Shown: positions 20,061-28,015 of the stretch, one piece after another
How positions within the stretch are numbered: the stretch's first letter is position 1
Layout of the letters: every line of letters begins with the position of its first letter
Source: Candidatus Magasanikiibacteriota bacterium
GTDB lineage: Bacteria; Patescibacteriota; Patescibacteriia; Magasanikbacterales; UBA922
Assembly: GCA_903837125.1 (NCBI GenBank)
Contig: CAILTG010000055.1
Location: forward strand, 2,199-66,198
DNA length: 64,000 nt
Direction: 5' to 3'
Notes under the pieces: generated by a model
The model's database searches: none
What the model saw: only the letters and a program-made list of their open reading frames with translations
What the model was told of the DNA's origin: nothing
Program-made: the position numbers and the translations under genes

Positions 20061-23000
20061 TCAACCTAGCAGCTCTTTTAAACCCAATAAATCCAAATTT
20101 ATTAATTTTTCTTTATTAATTTTCCCTAAAGTAACCAAACCTCTTTCTTTTAATTCAACATCATCAATTTCACCAGCTAATAATCTTTTGGCAACATTTT
20201 CATCAAGCGTAACCATTTCTTCCATCACTGTTCTTGATAGATTATCCAAGTGATCGGCCGCGGTAACAGTTGCCTTCAGTAAATATCTGAACTGCGAGTC
20301 CATCTTTTCCCCACTTTCTTCTAAAAGAGCATAAAGTATTTTATTGGCTTTATCTTTGGTTGAAACATCACTCCCAATGATTTCTTGGATTTTCCCTTCA
20401 TCCCAACTAACACTAGCATATTTTTTTACCAATTCAGAAATTTTTAGCAAACATTTTTCCGGACGAAGTTGCAATCCAAACAAACTGGTTAAAAAATCTC
20501 TAAAATCTTCCGCGCCATCATATTCACCTTCATACTTTTTCTTGAGATGATTAGGCATTGATTCGGACTTAGAGCATCCCACACTTCCCAGATCAATAAA
20601 GGTTGCTTTTGGTTTTAATAAAGGCACCACATCTAAATAAAAATTACCGGAATGCAAATCGGCATGAAAAATTCCACCCGTAGTAACTTCCCTCAAAAAT
20701 TCCAAACCCAATTCGGATTGAAGTTTTCCCACATCTAGATCTAAAATTCTTTTTTCAATGTCCTGCAATCGTTCTTTCCCATAAAGTTCAGCCAACCTTT
20801 TGCCAATCTCTTTAATTTTTTCAACATCACTTTCTTCAACTGCTCTTTGAAATTCCTGAATTTCTTTCAACGAAAGACCATGCACAAATTCTTCAACCAT
20901 TAGACCAATATCTTCATCTTCTTCTGAACCTGGATAACTTACTTCATTAATCTGTAACGGAGCGGTAACTCCCAAAAAAACAGTTTCAGTACTGCCGGAT
21001 TTAAATGACAATTCTAAAGTTGCCTCCCGTTGTTTCAAAGATTCTCCCATTTTCCTTTGATTTTCGGCCTCATTAACAAAAGACAATTCATCAATAACCA
21101 ATCTTTCAATTTCATCCAAAAGATAACTAGGAACATTAAACTTTTTTGACTCCAAAACAGCAACAATTTTGCGCAAAACTTCCATGTCAGCGACAAAATT
21201 CTTATCAATGTTTGGTTGTTTGCCCTTTATAGCTACTATTTGATTGTCTTCGGTAAGCCCCTTGGCCACTTCCTTAATAGAAGCACTACCAACAATCTCT
21301 CCTATTTGTCTTATCATCCCTTCATCGCCATGCACCAATCCCGCTGATTCAGCATAGGCCAATAATCCTCGTTTGGAAAATGGTTTGGTTTTATCTTTAA
21401 GACCGGATAGTTCTCTCCTAATTTTTTCCGGTAAAAGCCCTGGCTGTTCCGACAATACTTGTCCTGCTTTTATCCCCACAACACCAATCTGTTCCAACAA
21501 AAGCTTAATAATTTCTCCAGCGCTCATTTCCTTTCCCTCTTTTTTGGTTGCGCCGACTGCTTCAACAATATTCACCATGAGCTCTGCTCGACGAGCCGGT
21601 TCTTTCTGTTGAACAAAAAGTTCTCTAAAAATTGTTTCCAAAAGTTCTTTACCGCGTTGATTGGTTTCATGTTCTTCAGGCAGACTATCATCTATTCTCT
21701 GCTCTTTAAAAATAGATTTAAAAACATTATCAACAGTGTGTCTAATTAAATCATTTTCCCTTTCCCACATTTTCCAAGGATAAATATTCTCTACATCTTC
21801 GTCGCTGGCATCATCAGCAAGAGAAGTATCACCTCCCTTTGCCTCCATCACTCCATTTTGTCCCAATAATAAATCATATAATAAATGGCGCCGTTCGTTA
21901 GGAGTCATTTCCCACAAAACGTTTGCTCTTTCTTCCAATGATATTCCAGTCTGTTCAACTGAAAATTTTTCCGCAAAAGGTTGTTTTCCACCCAGCATCC
22001 AAATTAAATAATCGCTTCTCTCAATGGGATTTAATCCTGCTATATAAAACCTAAATTTTTCAATTGATGAAAATTGTCTCCCAACCATTTTTGATTCATC
22101 TCCTTTAGGCCATTTTACTTCCTCAGAATAGCGCATCATCCAAACTTGTCTGATTTGATCGGGGGTCTGAGCCAAATCCATTCCGATTGACTCTAAAACA
22201 TAATCCTTTTCCCAGGTTGGTTCTTCATATAATGAATTTATCCGATGCAAATACTCATCAAAAGTTCCTGGATCCTTTTTTATATTTTCTTGAAGTTCTG
22301 GCCACAGCGCTATTCTTTCCACTTCCATTAATAATCTTCTCAAAACCGGCTTCGCATCTGGACTAATTTTTTCAGACATGGCTTGTTCTATTTTGTGACG
22401 GATTAAATAAGCCTGTTCTTTTGGCAATTTTTCTAAGGCCTTAACGACATTCTCAACCTTAAATATTCTATATTTCTTTAAAAAGGAGATGTCTTTATAC
22501 AAAGGAAAATGTTCCAAAACTTCATCTAAATCAATATCTGTTTTATTCAATTGCACCCCCAATTTTTCAAGCAAATCTGCCCCTAAAGTAGTTTCTAAAA
22601 TCTGCCAAATTTCCACTGCCAATTGATTTTTAATAAATACATCTCTTAAAGGATGGCGGTCAGGCAGATCTTCTAAAACCCGTACCGACAATTTTTCTGT
22701 GTCTGCTAAATTTTCGGCTTCATCCAAAGCCTTTGTATGCCAATCCATTAAAGGTTGTGAAACCCATCTGAGACGATAAACTGGTCCAATTTCTAACCGA
22801 CTTTTTTCGTTTTCTACCACCTGATCTGAAAAAACCATTACTTCGCTCTCTTTCGCTAGAGTTAATGATCCCAGTCTTTCTTCTGAACTAGTAGATAACA
22901 AATTATACCTTTGCAAAAGTCTACTTTGAAGTTCTGAAAATTCTCTAGCCTTATCATAAGTTGTGTTAATTTTCTTTTTTCTTACTTTATTCACCTTTAC

Positions 23001-26000
23001 GTCATATTCAGTTTGACGTAAATCAAATTTTCCTCTCTCTTGTATCGTGTACTTTCCACTTTGTACATTTACAAGATGTGCTACGTCGTAAATAATAATT
23101 CCTCGATCAGACAAACTTAAAACTCCTCCATCATTTTGAAGATTTTCAGCGTTTAAGTCTGTGTCTGCCACTTTAAATTCTATCCTTTCCTCGCACGGCA
23201 ACCTAACCACTACAGTTAAGGATCCTTTGCCATTCATGGTATGTGCGAAACTCTCTGGGTTTAAAATCTCCACATCCTCTTGCTGTAAGGCTGCCACAAA
23301 AAATTCCTTTTTTTTCTTCCAGCTTTTTTCTGTCTGCTTAGCATTTTCAATCTGGCTGGAAATTTGATTCCTTTCTGAGCCTTCATGAGCAAAACTAGTA
23401 AAATGCTTCGCCCATTCTTCAATCTCTTCTAGTGTTTGAACACCTAAAAATTGCATTTTTTTATCCAAAATAAATTCTTTAAAAAAGCCCGGTTGCATTT
23501 TTTTTATTTCTTCCAAATTACCACGATCTTCCACCACTCGTTTCAACTCACTGCGAAATTTAGGCAGATCTTGTCGAAATTTTCCCATCTTTTCAGCATT
23601 TGGTTTATCAGAGCCTACTAAAGTTTCAATATTCTTAACAATAAATTCAGTGGCATCACCATTCCAGACATCTTGCATAAATAACTGCCAAGAAAAACCC
23701 GTAAACTGTAAATCTATATTATCACGTTTATAAATTCGACTGAGAAAAAAGGCATACTCTTCATATAAATGTTTAGGAAAATTCTCTCTCTCAATAATTT
23801 TTTTAGGTTTTTTTCTATCTCTATTATCTATCCTTTCAACATCAACCCCTAGCCCGGCAGGATTCAGCTGTATCCATTCCCAATGACTCATTTGTTCATC
23901 TAATTTTTTAAATCCCTCTATCTGCGACCAATCCTCTCTATAAACAACAGACAACTTTCTCCAAAATTCTATAAAAGTAGAATAGAATTTTTCTTTATTT
24001 TTTGGGTGAATATCGTCAGTAAACTGTGTAAAAGAAACAAAATTACCCAAACACAAAGCTTTTATTTTAAGAAAAAAATAATCACCTTCAGAATATTTGC
24101 CTTGATATTTTTTAACAAAAAAATCCTTCAATTCTTTAACTCCTGGCCTTGATATTTTTTCTAAATATTTTAAAACATTTTCAGCTGAAGTAAATGGCTG
24201 CCCAGTTTTATCTCGATAACTTAAAGCCGAATCTTTCGGCCGATGATGTAACCAAACACTACCATCGCTAAAACAAGTAGCTTCGTTCTCTGTTTCTTTA
24301 TAAATTTTATCCTGGTCTGAATTACCATCCAGCCCTCTTACCAATTCAATTCTTTCAAGAACATCCTCAAGCGTATATGAAGATTTTAAAACTTGCCATA
24401 GTAACTTAGAAATGTCTCCTGCATACTCTCCTTGTTTGCCAATCTCTAAAAATCCCGTTTGCATTACCTTGGCCCCCTCATCTACTAAGTGGGAAATATT
24501 GTGTATAGCTGTGGTGCCGTAGTCATTTGTTTGAAAATTACGTTCTTCTTTAAAAAAATTTTGCAAGGTTCTATCAGTAAGCAGTCCCTCACTGTAGGCC
24601 ACTTCAATATAACCACGCACCTGCTCAACAAAATTTAAAACTTTCCCAGCCAGAGCTTTTAACTTTGTTTCTTTAAACTTTCTTTTTAAATCTTTGCTTT
24701 GCAATCCAAAAAAAATAGCTAATTTAGAGGCGATGTCTGTTTCTAAAATATGACTAGTATAAACTCTTTCAGCCGCCTGCTCTGAACCGACTTGTTCTGT
24801 TTTATCAACAATTTTTTTACCATACTCAAGCCACAAACGTTCTTCAGTTGCTGCCAAATGAGTATCAGATACCCGCAAGCAGGCACTATTTTGATTTCTG
24901 GTTTTTCCTCCTGATAATTGAAAACCATAAAGATATTTTTCATTTAATTTCACATCACAGTCTTCGGAAAGACCAAGATCTAACTGGATACCGGGGGGCG
25001 CTGTTGGATCAAGTTCAAAACGACGTAAATATTCAATTTGAGTGTTATATTCTTCATCATCTTTAGCTTCTAACCCGAAAGCTATTACAGACAAAATTTC
25101 ATAGTGAAGTTTATTTTGTCTATTTCTAAAAATACAGGAACCATCTGTAGAGAACACTTTATGTAAATTTTTACACTCCAAAATTTGATTCACCTCATTT
25201 AAAAATTTAATATCAACTTTATCCAATTGTCTAAATATAAGCAATCGACCATTTTCTTCATCTATATTGTTATAAAGATGACTAAGTACAAACCTTAAGG
25301 CTTTATCTGAAATATTTTCTAAACCTTCATGTTTTAAAAATTCTCTATAACTCATTACGGTCTTTTCCTCCAATGTTTTTGAAAATTCTCTTACTAGTGG
25401 AGGTTGATCAGTTGATTTTTTTGACCAACTATCAAATTCTAAATTTACATAATATTTTGTTGTGGCATACACAGTCTTACCAACTATTTTTGAAATTTCT
25501 TCCTCTATCTCCACCTCTTCTAGGGGCGATTCTTCTTCCCTTCTTTTGTGTACCCGGCCAGCTAAAGGTAAACTGTCAAGAATAGCCAATTTTGCAGCTT
25601 CGGCTCTTGGTTTTATTATTTTCTTTTTTATTTTACTTTTTACCAACTTACTTGTTTCAACAGCTAATATATTGTTATTGTACTGATTCCTTGTTTCAAG
25701 ATGCAAAAATTCAAAAAATATCTTCTTTAAACAAAACAACTTATCAGCTCTTCCCAGAGGCGCACCTTGATAATAACGTTTGGAAATTAAATCCCAAAAA
25801 TCACTTGTGTATTCATCTTCTTTCAACCAATCTTCAAAATCTTCTGAATTCAGTTCTCTACTTTCTAAATCATTCTTAGCCACCATTTCTTTTCTCTGTT
25901 CTTTTTCTCCAAGTATTATTTTACTATTTACTTCCATTTTTTTTATTTCGTCCGGAGTATTGGCCCAAAGCACTCTCTGTTCAATTGTCAATTCTTCATC

Positions 26001-27461
26001 TGAAACCTGACCCATGGGTTGTTTAACCATTTTATACTCAGCCTCACTCCAAACTTCTCCCTGGAGATTTGGGTAAGACAAACCAACCTGCAACTCCTCC
26101 CCTTTTTCTGTGGCTGCTTGTTTTTGTTTTTCAGCTATTTTCAAAGCTAAAAGAAAACTATGTAATTTTTCTAAAAAAAGTTTTCGGTAACCCATTGTTC
26201 CATGAGCAAATTCCTGAACCCTAAATTCCTCTTGCAAAACTCTGGAACCACCACTTTCTAAACTTCTCTGGCCTTCAACAGTAAGATAATATTGATACCC
26301 ATTTAATTCTGCCATTATTTCTAATAATTCTGGAACTGTTTTGTCAGAGAATTCACTTCCTCTGGCTTCTGGTTTTTTATCTTTCTCTCTTATTGTAACC
26401 AAAGCCTCCTTAACTTTATCTGGAAAAGGACTCATTTTCCTAGCCGCATTTGGCAATGGCAAATCTGTTGAATTAAATAACTTTTCTAATTCAACTATTC
26501 TGCTTGCAGTGGGCGGATGCGAAGATCCAAAAATAATACCCAAACTAGAGCCGTCACTTTTCCCGAAATGATGAAACGCTTCTATTAAACCTCTTGGGTT
26601 ATAGCCACTAGCATCGGCAATTTTCATTCCCTCGGCATCAGCATCATATTCCAGTCGTTGACTCTCTTCAGGACTTTTATCCTCTTTAAAATATTTTGGC
26701 TGTAAAAGGTGAGAAAATTCATGAGCTAAAACACCGGCCAACTCATCTATGGTGTCCATATTATTCACCAAACCCAAGTTAATAAAAATTGGCAGTTCAA
26801 TTTCCTCTTTACTACCAGATTGTAAATAATCTTTTAACAAAACACCGCTATCATTTCTCAAAACAAAAGCATTTATTGAACGATCCTTGGTTAAGTGCAC
26901 TAAGGGCATTAAATTTTTTAACCCGGCGGCCCTAAATAAATTTTGAACAATATTTTGTAAACAGCTTCTTACTTCTTTAAAAGCACACAATAATTCTTTG
27001 CTCTCCACAGGATGAGAACCTTCGGACAATTCTGAGCTATAATCTTCAGACTTTACGCAATAGTCACGAATAGGGTTGCGGGTTTCATCTACCAATTTTG
27101 CTCTTGCTTCTTTAAATTTTTCCAATCTTTCAGATTTTTTACCGGACAAAGTTAAGTCCCTATCTAAACTATCGTGTAATTTTTTTACAGCCCCTGCTTC
27201 TACAGCCGATAGTTGTTCTTTAATTTCTGCTAATCTTTCCAAATCAACATATTCTGTGCCTTTCACACGAATAACGCAGGTAGCAAAAACGCCACTCTTT
27301 GTTGACAAAGCATCACAGATTTTCCTTAAATTTGGATCACTAATATTCATCCGAACTAAAAAAGTATCCAAATCTTTTTTTAGATACAAAACTGTTCCTT
27401 TTTTGCGCCTCTCCCATTCTTTCCCTCTTTCGGCGCGTCTATGTGTATAGTCCATATACAA
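20061..27461 (-). CDS. Giant 2466-aa multidomain protein with an N-terminal M48-type HExxH zinc metallopeptidase module and a C-terminal UbiB/ABC1-like atypical protein kinase module
   Basis: At aa about 235-330: LAGVLAHEFSHLLQ ... QRLEYDADAEGMKIADASGYNPRGLIEAF (the M48/BepA-like HExxH plus ExxAD..G...GY(D/N)P pattern). At aa about 2150-2400: LKDKTKPFS...IGEIVGSASIKEVAKG...QIVAIKGKQPNI... and GIFHADLHSGNFYLD...IDLGSVG (UbiB signatures FHADPHPGN and DFG; DNA 20641-20690). No TM helix is apparent. Confidence 0.65.
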   Translation of the reverse strand: MYMDYTHRRAERGKEWERRKKGTVLYLKKDLDTFLVRMNISDPNLRKICDALSTKSGVFATCVIRVKGTEYVDLERLAEIKEQLSAVEAGAVKKLHDSLDRDLTLSGKKSERLEKFKEARAKLVDETRNPIRDYCVKSEDYSSELSEGSHPVESKELLCAFKEVRSCLQNIVQNLFRAAGLKNLMPLVHLTKDRSINAFVLRNDSGVLLKDYLQSGSKEEIELPIFINLGLVNNMDTIDELAGVLAHEFSHLLQPKYFKEDKSPEESQRLEYDADAEGMKIADASGYNPRGLIEAFHHFGKSDGSSLGIIFGSSHPPTASRIVELEKLFNSTDLPLPNAARKMSPFPDKVKEALVTIREKDKKPEARGSEFSDKTVPELLEIMAELNGYQYYLTVEGQRSLESGGSRVLQEEFRVQEFAHGTMGYRKLFLEKLHSFLLALKIAEKQKQAATEKGEELQVGLSYPNLQGEVWSEAEYKMVKQPMGQVSDEELTIEQRVLWANTPDEIKKMEVNSKIILGEKEQRKEMVAKNDLESRELNSEDFEDWLKEDEYTSDFWDLISKRYYQGAPLGRADKLFCLKKIFFEFLHLETRNQYNNNILAVETSKLVKSKIKKKIIKPRAEAAKLAILDSLPLAGRVHKRREEESPLEEVEIEEEISKIVGKTVYATTKYYVNLEFDSWSKKSTDQPPLVREFSKTLEEKTVMSYREFLKHEGLENISDKALRFVLSHLYNNIDEENGRLLIFRQLDKVDIKFLNEVNQILECKNLHKVFSTDGSCIFRNRQNKLHYEILSVIAFGLEAKDDEEYNTQIEYLRRFELDPTAPPGIQLDLGLSEDCDVKLNEKYLYGFQLSGGKTRNQNSACLRVSDTHLAATEERLWLEYGKKIVDKTEQVGSEQAAERVYTSHILETDIASKLAIFFGLQSKDLKRKFKETKLKALAGKVLNFVEQVRGYIEVAYSEGLLTDRTLQNFFKEERNFQTNDYGTTAIHNISHLVDEGAKVMQTGFLEIGKQGEYAGDISKLLWQVLKSSYTLEDVLERIELVRGLDGNSDQDKIYKETENEATCFSDGSVWLHHRPKDSALSYRDKTGQPFTSAENVLKYLEKISRPGVKELKDFFVKKYQGKYSEGDYFFLKIKALCLGNFVSFTQFTDDIHPKNKEKFYSTFIEFWRKLSVVYREDWSQIEGFKKLDEQMSHWEWIQLNPAGLGVDVERIDNRDRKKPKKIIERENFPKHLYEEYAFFLSRIYKRDNIDLQFTGFSWQLFMQDVWNGDATEFIVKNIETLVGSDKPNAEKMGKFRQDLPKFRSELKRVVEDRGNLEEIKKMQPGFFKEFILDKKMQFLGVQTLEEIEEWAKHFTSFAHEGSERNQISSQIENAKQTEKSWKKKKEFFVAALQQEDVEILNPESFAHTMNGKGSLTVVVRLPCEERIEFKVADTDLNAENLQNDGGVLSLSDRGIIIYDVAHLVNVQSGKYTIQERGKFDLRQTEYDVKVNKVRKKKINTTYDKAREFSELQSRLLQRYNLLSTSSEERLGSLTLAKESEVMVFSDQVVENEKSRLEIGPVYRLRWVSQPLMDWHTKALDEAENLADTEKLSVRVLEDLPDRHPLRDVFIKNQLAVEIWQILETTLGADLLEKLGVQLNKTDIDLDEVLEHFPLYKDISFLKKYRIFKVENVVKALEKLPKEQAYLIRHKIEQAMSEKISPDAKPVLRRLLMEVERIALWPELQENIKKDPGTFDEYLHRINSLYEEPTWEKDYVLESIGMDLAQTPDQIRQVWMMRYSEEVKWPKGDESKMVGRQFSSIEKFRFYIAGLNPIERSDYLIWMLGGKQPFAEKFSVEQTGISLEERANVLWEMTPNERRHLLYDLLLGQNGVMEAKGGDTSLADDASDEDVENIYPWKMWERENDLIRHTVDNVFKSIFKEQRIDDSLPEEHETNQRGKELLETIFRELFVQQKEPARRAELMVNIVEAVGATKKEGKEMSAGEIIKLLLEQIGVVGIKAGQVLSEQPGLLPEKIRRELSGLKDKTKPFSKRGLLAYAESAGLVHGDEGMIRQIGEIVGSASIKEVAKGLTEDNQIVAIKGKQPNIDKNFVADMEVLRKIVAVLESKKFNVPSYLLDEIERLVIDELSFVNEAENQRKMGESLKQREATLELSFKSGSTETVFLGVTAPLQINEVSYPGSEEDEDIGLMVEEFVHGLSLKEIQEFQRAVEESDVEKIKEIGKRLAELYGKERLQDIEKRILDLDVGKLQSELGLEFLREVTTGGIFHADLHSGNFYLDVVPLLKPKATFIDLGSVGCSKSESMPNHLKKKYEGEYDGAEDFRDFLTSLFGLQLRPEKCLLKISELVKKYASVSWDEGKIQEIIGSDVSTKDKANKILYALLEESGEKMDSQFRYLLKATVTAADHLDNLSRTVMEEMVTLDENVAKRLLAGEIDDVELKERGLVTLGKINKEKLINLDLLGLKELLG

Positions 27462-27553
27462 ACTTTATTAGACTATAATATGATAAGCATATAATCACGT
27501 CGAGTTTCGCAAAAAACAAAACCAACATTTTATTTTTTGACTCAACTCTAGCG

Positions 27554-27582
27554 ATTATAGCACATTTTAGCCTTTTTGTCAA
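27554..27582 (-). promoter_or_regulatory. Perfect consensus sigma70 promoter (TTGACA-N17-TATAAT) for the 2466-aa gene
   Basis: Plus-strand tgtcaa at 27577-27582 and attata at 27554-27559, with an exact 17-nt spacer, about 90 nt upstream of the ATG at 27461. Confidence 0.55.
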
Positions 27583-27605
27583 CTCAAATTTTGGCTAATT
27601 TAAAA

Positions 27606-27650
27606 CAAAAAAAACAAACCCCGTCTCGCTTTAACGAAATCGGGGTTTTT
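27606..27650. terminator. Intrinsic terminator (bidirectional) ending the candidate sRNA
   Basis: CCCCG-tctcgctttaacgaaat-CGGGG flanked by an A-run (27601-27618) and a T-run (27646-27650). Confidence 0.6.
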
Positions 27651-27887
27651 GATTTTGAAGAGGGAATTATCCCCCAATACTGCATCCAAGAAGGTGTGTT
27701 GTAGGAAAAGACGAGCCGAAGCCTGTACTGCCCTATCACACACCTCCATGCTTGTCGTGGATACAGAAAGATGCCTGTTTTGATGAATATTGAGCGATAA
27801 AACCAGCACTTATTCTGAATCCAACTTCTTATTTTTTAAAATGAATGATTGAATGACTAAATGATTGATAACTTACCTGCTTATAGG
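27651..27887 (-). ncRNA. Candidate structured sRNA (about 280 nt including the terminator), class unknown
   Basis: A transcript is predicted from the perfect promoter at 27894-27922 to the terminator at 27606-27650. It has no credible ORF. It is visibly GC-richer than the surroundings and has long-range complementarity (GGTGTGTG...CACACACC, TAGG...CCTA, GC-UUCG-GC). It matched no RNase P, tmRNA, SRP or 6S consensus by eye. Confidence 0.35.
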
Positions 27888-27893
27888 CAACAG

Positions 27894-27922
27894 AGGATTA
27901 TATCACACACAGATCATTCTGT
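27894..27922 (-). promoter_or_regulatory. Perfect consensus sigma70 promoter (TTGACA-N17-TATAAT) driving the candidate sRNA
   Basis: Plus-strand tgtcaa at 27917-27922 and attata at 27894-27899, with an exact 17-nt spacer. It lies between the VanW-gene terminator and the GC-rich region. Confidence 0.5.
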
Positions 27923-27933
27923 CAAGGAGGATA

Positions 27934-27970
27934 TGGGGATAAATAAAAAATTTCGCTCTATTAAGCGAAA
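27934..27970 (-). terminator. Intrinsic terminator of the VanW-family gene
   Basis: A perfect 10-bp stem AAATTTCGCT-ctatta-AGCGAAATTT followed on the minus strand by TTTTTTATTTAT. Confidence 0.55.
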
Positions 27971-28015
27971 TTTTATAATTTTAAATCTTTCAATCATCTA
28001 ATCATTCGCCACTCC

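Noticed and set aside
27600-27809. 69-aa minus-strand ORF in the VanW/giant-gene spacer
   Set aside because: It runs straight through the strong intrinsic terminator hairpin and has no RBS. The region is better explained as a non-coding RNA.
27651-27887. Identity of the candidate sRNA as RNase P RNA, tmRNA, SRP RNA or 6S RNA
   Set aside because: No P4 motifs (AGGAAAGUCCGG / ACAGAAUCCGGCUUA), no tRNA-like 3' end with a tag ORF, and no SRP domain IV consensus could be found by eye. It is left as an unclassified candidate.
27921-28001. Tiny plus-strand ORF MGINKKFRSIKRNFIILNLSII with an apparently perfect AAGGAGG Shine-Dalgarno
   Set aside because: The AGGAGG is the reverse complement context of the minus-strand -35 TTGACA (cctccTTGACA). 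The 'ORF' covers the VanW terminator hairpin and has no downstream plus-strand gene. Genes here generally lack SD sequences, so it is probably coincidence.
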